This document shows, one piece after another, positions 14,795 through 27,368 of a stretch of DNA of 64,000 nucleotides. Position 1 is the first letter of the stretch; each line of letters starts with the position of its first letter. Where the stretch lies: assembly GCA_043228905.1 (NCBI GenBank), contig JBHGNT010000003.1, positions 10,230,001 through 10,294,000 of the forward strand, written 5' to 3'. Below the pieces are notes generated by a model. It had not been told where the DNA came from. It did no database searches and was given only the letters and a program-made list of their open reading frames with translations. Source of the DNA: Azolla caroliniana. Lineage: Eukaryota; Plantae; Polypodiophyta. Made by a program: the position numbers and the translations under genes.

Positions 14795-16129
14795 TGGCGT
14801 GATGTTTTTGACAGATAGTGTGAAACCACCCTCAATTAAGAGAATAAAATAGTGGTCCAAATAGTGGTCCAAAGAAACATGCTTTCTTTTTAGGGGAATA
14901 AGGCAAGCAATCCTAAACCTATAAATAAGAGCCTATTCTAGTGAAGAAGGGGGGGAGGGAGAAGGAATGCGGAAGCTCTACTCAACTGGAAAGAGGACGA
15001 AGAAGGATCAATAACATCGAGAGGCATCATCAACAAAGAAACTCCTTCTATACTCCACTCTCTTCTTTCCTCCACCTCTCTTCCCCGATTCCTTTATAAA
15101 CAATCCTTCATATTCACATCCGACCCATTGTAACATGATACTTATATTATAAAAGAATCTATTATATTGATATAAAGTAATGTTTTCTTTCATCTACTTG
15201 TCTTATGTGTAAATCTTGATTGTGCTTATTTGTTATCGTCATTTGTGCTTATTTGTTCGTGTGTCTTGTGACAAGGCAGGGTTTCGGGCTGGCCCATGCA
15301 CCTCTCCTTTCACAATGGCATTCAAAACTATGTGTCTTATATGTTATCGTCATTTGTGCTTATTTTTTTGTGTGTCTTGTGGCAAGGGAGCGTTTCAGGC
15401 TTGCCCATGCACCTCTCCTTTCCCAAAGTCATTCAAACTTACGTGTCTTGCGTGTTACTATAAATCTTGCTTGTGTGTTCGTGCGACTTGTGGCAAGGGA
15501 GCGTTTGGGCTTGCCCATGCCCCTCTCCTTTCACAATGGCATTCGAAATTGTTTCTCCCGTGTGTAAACCTTGCGTGTATGTTCGTGCTACTTGTGGCAA
15601 GGGAGCGTTCGGCCTTGCCCATGCACCTCTACTTTCACAAAGGCGTTCGAAATTGTGTCTCCCGTGTGTAAACCTTGCTTGTGTGTTCATGCAACTTGTG
15701 GCAAGGGAGCGTTCGGGCTTGCCCATGCACCTCTCTTTTCACAAAGGCATTCAAAACTCTGTCTCTCGTGTGTGTAAGTAAGCCTTTTGCTTGTGTGTTT
15801 GCGTGTCTTGTAACAAGGGAGCATTGGGGCTTGCCCATGCACCTCTCTTTTCACAAAGGTATTCGAAACTCTGTCTCTCGTGTGTGTAAGTAAGCCTTTT
15901 CCTTGTGTGTCCGTGTGTAAGCCTTCCTCACGTGCATTCGTTCGCCTTGTGACTAGGGGTTGATTCGGGCTTGCCCATGCACCTCTCCTTTTTACATACA
16001 CGTTCGAATACTCATGCCTTGTTTGTGTAAGCCTTCCATCTGTTCTGGGTGTGAGCCCTATTTCCTTCCCATCCATAACCCCGGCGGTTCCGCCTCACGA
16101 TCCGCACATAGTGACGGATTTTCACGACA
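14795..16129 (+). mobile_element. Solo LTR related to the Phygy-like Gypsy family
   Basis: TG...TTCACGACA ends; last ~50 nt are the reverse complement of the LTR starts at 51230 and 58007; 4-bp TSD CCGG/CCGG; TATAAATA near 14919. Confidence 0.85.
15230..16010. repeat. About 7 tandem units of 104-140 bp within the solo LTR
   Basis: Recurrent CTTGTGGCAAGGGAGCGTTCGGGCTTGCCCATGCACCTCTCCTTTCACAA near 15290, 15400, 15510, 15615, 15720, 15830 and 15970. Confidence 0.9.
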
Positions 16130-19100
16130 CCGGCTAGTCGGGCCGACCAGATGGTCGATGACCAGGTCGACTAGTTGGACCAACCCAACAGTCGACGAAT
16201 GAGTCAGCTCATTAGTGTGTCATGGTAGTCATGACTATGCATGGGGAGCAGTGTTGTGGCAGTCATGACTGCAGAAATCTGTGGCCTTGTCAACCACCGA
16301 GGCAGAGTACATAGCAGTAGTAGAGGCCGGCAAGGAGTTGATTTGGATGAGAAACTTTTTGAGTGACCTAGGGATGAAAGCAAAAGGATTTCTTGATGCA
16401 TTGTGATAGCCAGAGTGCCATACATCTGGCCAAGAATGCGGCATACCACTCCCGGATCAAGCATATACAAAGAAGGTTTCACTCGCTACGGCAGAAAGTC
16501 GAATAAGGAGAGTTTACCCTCATGAAGATCCATATTGACGACAATGGATCCGACATTCTGACAAAGAACCTACCGATGGACCAACTTAGAGTCTATCAAT
16601 AGAGGACAGGAATAATGGACTCCTCCTCACTGGAGTGAAGGGGGAGTTTGTTAGGAATATGTCCCTCCAATGGGAGGATCTGACTGCTCAGAGAGAGCCG
16701 ACAGTTGAGGAACTCAGAGAGAGAGAGAGTTGTTCGAGGTCAAAGACACGACCGGCTAGTCTATTCGACCAGATGGTCGATGACCAAGTTGACTAGTCAG
16801 ACTGACCTCATAGTCGACGAATGAGTCAGCTGATTAGTAAGACTATTATTATTATTATTATTGGATAATAATAATGGCCAAGATTGTAAATAGCCCATTC
16901 TGTGTATTAGTATAAATACACCTAGGGCAAACAGAACGATAGAGAGAGAGAAATGTATGATGCTCTGTTGTAGAAAAACGATAGAGAAGTGAGAATGAAA
17001 ATGAGAGACTGTGTTCTGTAACCGCATGCGCCAAGAGCCCTGTGTGGTTGATATACTTAGTGTAGATAGTGTTGTACTCTAATCTTGTCATTGTTAATCC
17101 ACTGTATTGTCAAGCTCCGTTCTCTGTGGTTTTCTCCCGCTTTAGGGTTTACACGTAAGATCTGTGTACACTGTTTTCATTTTGTGTTTCCTAACTTTGT
17201 ATGACAGTGCATTCCTTCTTGTAGATCGACGATTCGTTTCTTTACAATATAGACCATCGTATAAATATTGTACCTAGAGTTGTACCAATAAGTATACCTC
17301 CTTATCGCTTAAGTCGATCCGAAGACGATGAGGTATCTAAGCAACTCAAGGACTATTTACGAATGGGTTGTATGCGTTATAGTAAATCTCCATGGGGTGC
17401 ACCTGTTCTCTTGGTAAAAAAGAAAGAGGACACATGGCATATGTGTATTAATTACCGACGCTTGAATAAAGCGATGATCAAGAATTCATATCCATTGCCC
17501 CGGGCTGACGATCTAATTGACCATCTCTAGGGAGCTCGGTATTTTACGAAACTTGATCTCCGTACGGGCTACCATCAAATTTGTATAAGTGAGGGCGATA
17601 TTCCTAAAACGGCATTTCGTACGCGCTATGGCCATTATGAGTTTTTGGTTATGCTTTTTGGTATGACCAATGCTCCGGCCACATTTCAACAAGAAATGAA
17701 TGACATTTTCCAAGAACAACTTGGAAAATTTGTTGTTATTTTCTTGGATGATATTCTAGTTTATAGTCGTACATTAGAAGAACATGTTAAACATGTCCGC
17801 TTTGTTTTACAAATATTGCGCGATAAGCAATTCTATGCGAAGATCTCAAAATGTGAGTTCTTCAAGAAATCAATTACTTATCTTGGACATCTCATAACCG
17901 AACGAGGAGTTGAAATTGATCCTTCTCGCTTTGAGAAAATCAAACTTTGGCTCACTCTTTGGAATATTGGAGAAGTTCGATCATTCCTTCCTTTTGTCGG
18001 GTTTTTGCGAAAATCCCTTCATAATTACTCCCAATTGACGACGTCGTTTACTGATCTTCTAAAAGGTCAAACGCGTAAGTCTACAAAACCTATTCTGTGG
18101 AATGCTACACTACACCTCGAATTTAAGGAACTCAAGGACCTTGTGTGCAAGGCTCCTTCGCTTCTTTTACCCGATCCTTCAAAACCTTTTGAGGTTGAAA
18201 CTGATGCAAGCAATTATGCTATATGTGTTGTCTTATATCAAGATGGTAAACCAATAGCATTCAAGAGTAAGAAACTTGATTCTGCTCAATGTTGGTATAC
18301 CGTTCAAGAAAAGGAATTATTTGCAATTATACATGCACTGAAAACATGGCGCCATTATCTTTATGGAAATCGTTTTGTGGCAACTACGGACCATGAGTCC
18401 TTGAAATATTTCAGTGACCAACAAGAACTGAAAGGTCGTAAGGCACAATGGGCTGATCTCATCCAAGACTTTGATTTTTCCATACGATATCGTAAAGGTT
18501 CTATAAACACTATCGTTGATGCACTAAGTCACATCTATGAAGTTAACATGCTTAGCTTCACTGAAATAACATCAGATCTTTATGATCACCTTCGAGGAAG
18601 GTATCTTGATGACAGTTATTTTGCAAAATACTGGGCAAAAGTTGAGTCTAGAACAGACACCACGACATCCTCGAAGGAATCCTTCCACATTGTTAACGGT
18701 CTACTCTACCGTAATAGGAAGGTTTGTATTCCAGATTTACCTAAGGTAAAAATGAGAACTCTTTTTGAATGCCATGATGCACCCTCAATAGGGCACCTTG
18801 GAATACATCGTACACTCCTTCTCATCTCCACTCAATTCTATTGGCGTAAGATGCATCCTGATATACATAATTATGTGGCTAAATGTCACCAATGTCAGGT
18901 TAACGCAAGCAACTTAAAGCCGCAAGACTTTTAAATCCCTTGGACATTCTCAATAATAAGTGGGAAATTATATCCATGGATTTTATTGTTAGCCTTCCTC
19001 GCACCCAAAAAGGCCATGATGCTATTTGGGTTGTGGTTGATAGACTAACTAAAATGGTCATATTTATTTCTACTAAAACCAAGCTAACAACTCTTGAATT

Positions 19101-20538
19101 GGCTTACCAATTTGTTGACGAGTTATTTCGTTACTATGGGTTACCAATAGATATCGTGAGTGATCGAGATCCAAAGTTTACTAGTGACTTCTGGACGCAA
19201 GTCTTTAAGAAGTTAGAAACTACGTTGAGCATGAGCTCCATAGATCATCCTCAGTCCGATGGGCAGATAGAACGAGTAAATCAAATTATTGAGGACATGC
19301 TTCGAGCATACGTTGGTGCAAAACCAACAAAATGCAAACGTTATCTCCCAAATTTGGAGTTTGCTTATAACAGCTCCAGGCATACGTCGACGGGATATAG
19401 TCCTTTTATGTTGATGTATGGTTTTTAACCACGAGCCCCGATTGATGTTAATATGCATCATGATGAGTTGCGAACTACGCAAAACTTTCTTCGGGATATG
19501 CAAGATATGTTGCATATTGCACGAGATAATATAAAAACTACTCAAGATAGAGTGCGTTTTTATGCCAATCATAATAGGCAACCTTGTGTATTGAACCCTA
19601 GACAAAAGGTATTTTTACCTATATCTCACAATTCTAAGACATTGTCTACATGTAACTGCGCTAAGTTAGTCCCACGGTTTTGTGGACCTTTTCAAGTCCT
19701 CAAACGCATTGGATCATCAACCTATTGTCTCGCTCTTCCTGATGGCATTGAAATTCATCCAGTTTTCCATCTAAGTCATCTGAAAGAACTTCTAGTTTTT
19801 GTCGACAATATAGTTACAACTGAAATTCTAGTTACTTTTGAAGAATTATCTTCTAAACCACATGTACCAGAAAAAATTCTCGATGTTAAAACAAAAAATC
19901 TACGTACTAAAATAATTTGAGAATTTAAAATTATATGAATGGATAAATCTATCAAAGATGCCACATGGGAACGCGAAAATACTCTTAGAACTAACTTCCC
20001 TAACTTTCCATTGCAAGAGTGCAATGCTTTAAAGAGGGGGAGTATGTTACGGGCATGACCATATAATATCCCATGGTGATAATTTACCATAGTATTCTAT
20101 ACACGTGGATAAGTGTGAGGGTTAAATGAGAGTGTAAAGAAGGGGAGAATTACTTTTAATCCTCAGGATTGAGACAACCCATTAGGCCAAGTGTGAAATT
20201 GCCTGGTGGCCTTGAGTCTCACTATAAATATGAGTCCTAGTTACCCTCATTTCATCATCTCTTGACTACGTCGAGACTCTATTTCGTGGTGGGTCAAGTC
20301 CTGTCACGAGTGTGCCAACACCAAGTAGGACTCGATGCCACGGCGGTGGTATGGGACGCCGATCGAGGCTCGAGTCCGTCTCGATCTCTTCGCTCTAGGG
20401 TGGTCGGGTGGATCGGAAACTTTCTTTCTCTCTCTCCTTTCTTATTTCATATATATTATATCCTTATCATATGCTTACATTAGATCATCACTCTAACACA
20501 TGGGGTTGATCCACCTCAGTGTACAACGATTACAGGTC

Positions 20539-23500
20539 TGTAGAAACAAATAGCGTGCGGAAGCAATAGAAAATAGAAAACAAAGAACAGGTTTAATGGA
20601 GAGCTTAACAGTACGCGGGAGAGAGAGAGAGAGAGAGAGCACAGAAACTCAATTCAAAAAATACTACTTAGTCTGTACACAGTCTATGTTCAGTGAACAT
20701 TTTTATACAAGTCCATATGGACTGATAGAAGTACGATGTACTTCAATGCTCACACGAGCGTCTGACACTAACTACGAGATATTAACTCCCTAGTAGACTA
20801 GCTGTTACTTGGCTTCCGGTTACTACTTGATCCAACTAACCGGCTCCCCGACTCATCGGCTCACTAATCCGGCTCATCCTTATGGATGCCGATCCGGCTC
20901 AGGCTTATTCAGCTGATCCAGATCCGGTTGAGTTTGCCGCTCAACACTCCCCCTCAAGCTCAACTTGAGGTCAGATGGTAGTGTCAGTCTCCATGGCAAC
21001 TAGTTCATCCACCCGGCTCCTTCTGGTGTTACTCCGCCTTGCTCGCACTCCTCGTCCGGTCCGGTCCCGTTTGCCGCAACCCTTCTGTTCCTGCGCACCT
21101 CGACTTCCTTGGTCGGCTTGTCTACTCAACAGGCCCAATTCAGCTCCCTCGTTATTGTGACTTCGGTGCTTGTCGACCTGCCGATTACTTCGTGTTGGCG
21201 TCAACTTTTGCTACCATCTCATCCTCTTGGCCTTGAGTTGATCCGGTTCTTCCGAATCCTTCTGTAGAACCGAATCGGTTGTTTCTGATTTGTTCCAGCT
21301 CTTGTCCGAATCGGTTGTTCCCGATTCGTCTTCCAGTTCCAGACCCTTCAGCACATCTGACCATGTCCGGCTCTTGGACTTCTTCTTCCGGTCGGCTCTA
21401 TCCTTCTTGACTCTGCCTCCGCTGCCGCTTGTTCCGACTTGTTCGGATGTGTCAACTTCCTTTGTCGACTCGGCTCCTTTCTTCTCCTTGTCTCTCCCTT
21501 TATCGGTTCTTCCCTCACAGGCGCAATCGGCAGTCTCTTTGTCTTTGCCCGTTCCGACGTCTTTGCCTGTTCTGGTGTCTTTGCCCGTTCTCCCCCTCAA
21601 GTGTCGCACGTCGAGATGCTGAACACCAAGCATTTCAGTGAAGTGTTGCAACTTGTCCGATCCGAGCAGTTTGGTGAAGATGTCGGCAACTTGCCGATCC
21701 GTGTGAACATACCGAAGTTCGACTTCACCGCTCAGGACACGCTCACGCACGAAGTGGTAGTGCACTTCTATGTGCTTTGTGCGAGCATGGAATACGGGGT
21801 TCTTGGCGAGCTACATGTTGCTGATGTTGTCACAGTAGATCAAGATCAGGGTTGGCACCTCGATCCGCAGGTCCTGCAGCAAACGTCGAAGCCAAATGGT
21901 TACACAAGTGGCAATGGTAGCACCCCGATACTCAGCCTCAGTGCTCGACAGAGCCACTGTTGGCTGCTTTTTGTTGCTCCATGCAACAGTCGCGCTACCA
22001 AGGGAAAGCATATATCCGGAGGTAGATCGGCGATACGATACATCGTCGGCCTAGTCGGCATCGGTGTAGCCGACTAGCTCTTCGGTTATACCATGTCGGT
22101 ATAACAGTCCCCGGTCCTTCGTGTCACTCACATACCGCAGTATTCGGTGCGCGCACTGAAGATTCTCTATGGTCGGCTTCTGCATGAATTGGCTAATCAC
22201 ACCAACCGGATAGCTGATGTCGGGTCGGGTAATGGTCAAATATATAAGGCTTCCGAAAATTTATCAGAACTGTTTCTCATCACAGGCCGGTCCGGAGTTG
22301 GGACATAGCTTCTGTTTCCGGTCCAAGGGTGTAGAGACAGGTCGGCATTCTGTCATGCCAAACTTGTACAGCATATTCAACACATAGTGTTTTTGTGAGA
22401 GCAATATGCCGTCGGGGGTTCGGATCACCTCGATCCCAAGGAAATAGTGAAGGTCCCCCAGGTTCTTCATCTCAAATGCGTCCGACAGCTGGGACTTGAC
22501 TCGACTAATTTCATCGAGTCCGGGTCCGGTGATGACTAGATCATCAACATACAGCAAGATGCAAACCGGACCGTTCGGACCTTGCCGGATGAACAGTGAA
22601 GAGTCGGATTTGGAGGCCACAAACCCCATCTTACGCAGCCGGTACGTGATCTTCGCATTCCAAGCTCGGTGGGCTTGCTTCAGGCCATAAAGTGACTTGT
22701 TCAGTTGGTATACTGCCGACTTGATCATCTCTGTCTGGAAACCAGGAGGCTGGGTCATAAAGACCTCTTCTTCTAGATCGCCTTGAAGAAATGCATTCTT
22801 CACGTCCATCTGGTGAAGATGCCACTCCCTTGCCGCAACAACGGACATCACCACACGAACCATCGTCATCTTCACTACCGGAGCGAAGGTCTCGTCGTAG
22901 TTGATTTCGTGGGTCTGTGCGTATCCCTTCGCCACTAACCGGCCTTCTACCGATTAACTGAACCGTCAGCGTTGTACTTTACCTTGTACACCCACTTGCA
23001 TCCGATCGGTTTACAGTAACGAGGAGGGTCAAACAGGTCCCATGTCTCGTTGGAATCAAGTGCCCGCATCTCTTCTTCCATAGCGGCACACCAATGTGCG
23101 TCCTTTGCCGCTTCTGCGTAGCTCTCCTGCTCACGCACTTCCGCCACCTTGGTCATGTACGCATAGTGATGTGCTATGTATTCATTGTACCTGTACCGCT
23201 TAACAGGTTTCTTCTAGCGGGTTGACCGGCGTAATCCACCATTACCTGGTTTGAGGCCCTTCTTGGCCAGTTTGGTCTTCGGTGCCGAAGAACCGTCATT
23301 TTACTTTCCGGAGTCTGATCCACTCTGATACGACTCATCATTACCGGTTTCATAATCCAGCATCTTCTTCTTCCCTTTCTCTTTGCACATGAAGCGTCTC
23401 CTCGGTTCCTTGCGCGGGGACATCATGGCTGAGTCTTCACTACCCACCGGTTCCTCTTCTGACTGATCGGATTGACCCAGTCTCTCGTTCGGCCCACTCA

Positions 23501-25813
23501 ACTGAAACGATTCCGGACTCTCTTCTTGAGTCCTGGATTCATCATCTTCTATCTGGACCGGTTCAGGCTCATTAGCCTCATCCTCCGGTATCGGGTCAGG
23601 GTCAGAAGTCGGAGCTGGTAAGGCATACCATGATGCCGTCTCATCAAACTCAACATCGCAGCTAGCTCGAACCTGCTTCGTCCGGGGGTTATAACACTTA
23701 TACCCCTTTTGCTTATGTGAGTAGTCAACGAGGATGCACTTCTCCGATTTTGCATCCATCTTCCTCCGCTTCTCATCCAACACATGCACATATGTTATGC
23801 TGCCGAAATCCGAAGGTGTCTCAAATTCGGCTTGCGCCCGAAGTATAGCTCATGCACGGACACCTTGTCACTGATCCGGTTTTGGATGTAGACAGTCGTC
23901 CAGACCACCTCCGCCAAGTAGAAGTGGGGCATGCTCTTCTCTTCCAGCATTGCCCTTGCCGTGTCGACAAGTGACCGGTTCTTCCTTTCGGCCACACCGT
24001 TTTGCTCCGGTGTGTATCTACAGTTGAACTCTCTCCGAATTCCTGTTTGCTACAGATAACAATTGAATTGGTCGGAAAAATATTCTTTTCCTCCATCTGA
24101 CCGCAGGCACTTGATCTTCCTCTCCGATTCTCGTTCCACCATGCTTTGGAGGTTCCGGAAACAGTCGAAGACTTCGCTCTTCCGCTCAATGAGGTAGATC
24201 CATGTGTGTCGGCTATAGTTGTCGATGAAGGAGACGAAGTATCGACTCCTGCCAAGACTCACGTTCTGTGCCGGTCCCCATACATCCGAATGAATAAGGT
24301 CGAGCTTGTTATGGCTACGGTTTCATTCGGTGGGGAATGGAAGCCGGTGTTGCTTCCCGAGTTGGCAGGCTTCACATACTTGGGCCTTCCGGCCACTGAA
24401 CTTCGGCAAACCAAAAACAACTTGTTTCGTTTGCAGGTCTTGAAGCCTCCGGTAATTGACGTGGCCGATCCGCTTGTGCCACAAGTCGATGTCCGATTCG
24501 ACCTTCTGTCCTTTGGCGAACAAGGCGGTGCCGACGTCATTGGTGTCGAGGATGAACATCCTCCCATCTCTGCGCCCTTGTGCGATAATCTAGCCCTCTT
24601 CCTCGATGAAGCACCCGAGGTGCGTAAACCGCACCTGCATTCCCTGGTCGACGATCTATCCGACCGACACCAGGTTCTTCATGATAGTCGGAACGTGCAA
24701 TACGTTCATCAGCTTCCCCCTCTGTCCGACATGGCTCAAAGGGACTTCTCTGATATGCACGATTGGGTGAGGAGTGTCATCTCCGGTTTCGACAACTCCC
24801 AGTTGTTCCAGTTTCTCCAGCAAGGAGAACCACTCTTTGTGGTTCGTCATGTGATTTGATGCACCGGAATCAACGTACCACACTTCCTCCAATTTGGAAG
24901 TGTTCTTCTTCATCGAATTTGCCTCGTGCTTCATCACCAAGGCTGGCCCCTTACCGGATCCTTTCGATCCATGCGCGTAGTGCGAGCTTTGCTGGTTCTC
25001 CCAACCGGTTTTGCCGGATCCAGATCTGTCCGAATCGGCGCGCTTCTTCCAGCACTCCCTTTCTCTGTGGCCCTTTCTGCCACAGTACCAGCATTCCGTG
25101 GCGGATTTGTCTTGCCGGCCTCCAGCGCCACCTTGAATCCCACTGGTTGTGGAGGTCACGGAACTGTTATCGGCACGGTCTTTGTGTCGTTAGTCTTGCC
25201 CTTGCCGGCCGCCTCCATTGCGTGCTGACCCACCTCGTCCACCACGCCTACGGGGCCGATCCGCCTCCATGTACAACATCCGGCTGTCGGTGGGTGCACT
25301 TGTTGACGCACCGGCGTGGTTCTCCTCTACAAGGAGCATCGACTGTAAGTCGAAAAATGACGGTGTATTCTCCCTCGTACATATTGTTGTCGGGAAAGCT
25401 CGGAACTTAGATGCCAGGACCCCAAGCAATAGAAAATAGAAAACAGAGAACAGGTTTAATGGAGAGCTTAACAGTACGTGGGAGAGATAGAGAGAGAGAG
25501 AGAGCACACAAAAACTCAATTTAAAAAATACTACTCCGTCTGTACACAGTCTATGTTCAGTGAACACTTTTATACAAGTCCATACGGACTGACAAAAGTA
25601 CGGTGTACTTCAATGCTCACACGAGTTTCTGACACTAACTACGAGATATTAACTCCCTAGTAGACTAGTTGTTACTTGGCCTCCGGTTACTACTTGATCC
25701 AGCTAACCGGCTCCCCAACTCACCGGCTCACCGATCCGGCTCATCCTTCTGGATGCCGATCCGGCTCAGGCTTATTCAGCCAATCCAGATCCGGTTGAGC
25801 TTGCCGCTCAACA
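20539..25813 (-). mobile_element. Copia family A copy A2 (PBS and 5' gag deleted), degenerate gag-pol
   Basis: Perfect TSD AGGTC; 3' LTR 20539-20946, truncated 5' LTR 25423-25813; zinc knuckle CWYCGRKGHREREC, WYVDSGASNH, integrase, RT LYVDDL, RNase H. Confidence 0.93.
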
Positions 25814-27160
25814 AGGTCGAAGAAGGACAGTGGTTTCTCTCGGGTGCAAATCGTCGTCCGAATTGGCCCGTACTGTTGTGCTAGACCACCGAGGCAAATC
25901 TGAACCATCTCATCTTTGTCCACCATCATGTTGATGGACCCTAGCACATCACAGATCTCCTTGATCTTGGTGACGTAGTTGATAACTGACATGTCCCATT
26001 GCCTAATACTATCGAGCACTTGCCGGAGATGCAACTTCCGAGTTGTGGTAGTTGCGGTGAAAATGTTCGAGAGATTTTCCCAGGCCTCCTTTTGTGACTT
26101 TGCATCTCTGATGTAGCCGAGCATCTAGTCATGCACACAGGACGCAAGGCAATACAACACTCTACTCGCTCCTTGCTCCCATACCGGACAATCCTTGTGT
26201 GTTGTTGCTACATTTTCTCCCTCCACATAGCTCCAGTATCCGTGCCCCTGTAGTTACTGGTGCATTTTATACGACCATGATGCATAGTTGTTGCAGTCGA
26301 GCTTTTCTGTAGGAATTGAGTTTGCCATGCTTCTATCCATATTTCTTATGTTCTTTACCAGTGATTAGGGTTTGTTTGTTTTGAGCTATTGTCAGCAGTA
26401 GAGGTTCTCAACTCTCGCACTCTGATACCATGTAAAGGTTAATATGTGGAAGCTTGTAAACGAAACCGGCTTACCCGGATAGCGATAGAAAATAGAAAAC
26501 AAAGACAAGGTTTAATGGAAGCTTGAATACACGGGAGAGACAGAGAGAGAGCAGAACAGAAACTTTACTCAAAATAATAACATTGTCTATATACAAATGT
26601 CCTACAGAACACTAACAAAAGTCCTTAATGGACTGAAAGAAGTACTTACATATACTTCAATCCTCATATGAGCGAGTGACACTAACTCCAAGGAATATGT
26701 ACTAGGCTTGATCCGTAGGCCTCTAACGGCCTACCGGTTACAATCCAATTTGTTTGTTTCATCTGGGTCTTGGTTTCGGATACCGATCTGGATACTTTTC
26801 CGGTTCTTCGTTCCGTATACCGATTCGGTTCCGGCTTATTCAGCCGATCCGAATCCGATTGAGCTTGTCCGCTCAACACTCAACTTGATGTTGGATCGAG
26901 GTGTCTGTGTTTTCCGGTCCTTTCCTCCGGCTTCTCCTAGCATCTTCCCGCCTTGCTCGCTCTCCTTTTCCCGTCCAGTCCCACTTCCAACAACCCGTCC
27001 CATTCCGCGCTCCTCGACATTCTCGGTCAGCTTGTCTGCTCATAAGGCCCATTTTATCTCCTTTGTTGCTGTGACTTCCGCGCTTCTCGACCCGTCAGTT
27101 CCTCCGTGGTGTGACAACTTCTGCTGCCTTCTTGTCCATTTGGCCTTCAGTGGAACCAGC

Positions 27161-27333
27161 TGTCGAATACATGTGTATAATGGACGTATTCACACTATCC
27201 CGTTTTGGCCATTTATGTAATTAGCATAAAGGGTAGTTGCCCTAAGTCGGTCACTATATATAGTGACCTTGTAACCTCTTTGTGAGGTTGGATGTTGTAT
27301 TCTTGTTTATGCAATAGAAAGACTTATTTTGTG

Positions 27334-27368
<35 letters not shown>

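Larger units (their letters stand above)
14708..17246 (+). mobile_element. Ty1/copia element D, almost all internal sequence deleted
   Basis: Perfect TSD ATATA; 3' LTR 16649-17246 after PPT GAAGGGGGAG; RNase H remnant (VALSTTEAEY) at 16220-16630; 5' LTR from 14708 split by a solo LTR. Confidence 0.88.
13970..20498 (+). mobile_element. Ty3/gypsy chromovirus family C copy C1 (plant Reina/Tekay-like), 5' LTR truncated and gag deleted
   Basis: TSD CACGG/CATGG; partial 5' LTR 13970-~14146 fused to protease; 3' LTR 20045-20498; RT ([12 protein letters not shown]), RNase H, integrase and chromodomain-like tail at 17250-20040. Confidence 0.92.

Noticed and set aside
15216-16076. Cys-rich repetitive ORFs resembling metallothionein or zinc-finger proteins
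   Set aside because: Translations of a TG-rich tandem repeat inside a solo LTR; open in several frames and units are not frame-consistent.
24146-25410. Long antisense ORFs over Copia pol (also 21439-22077 and 57020-57670)
   Set aside because: Shadow frames of coding sequence; not conserved between copies as far as I can see.
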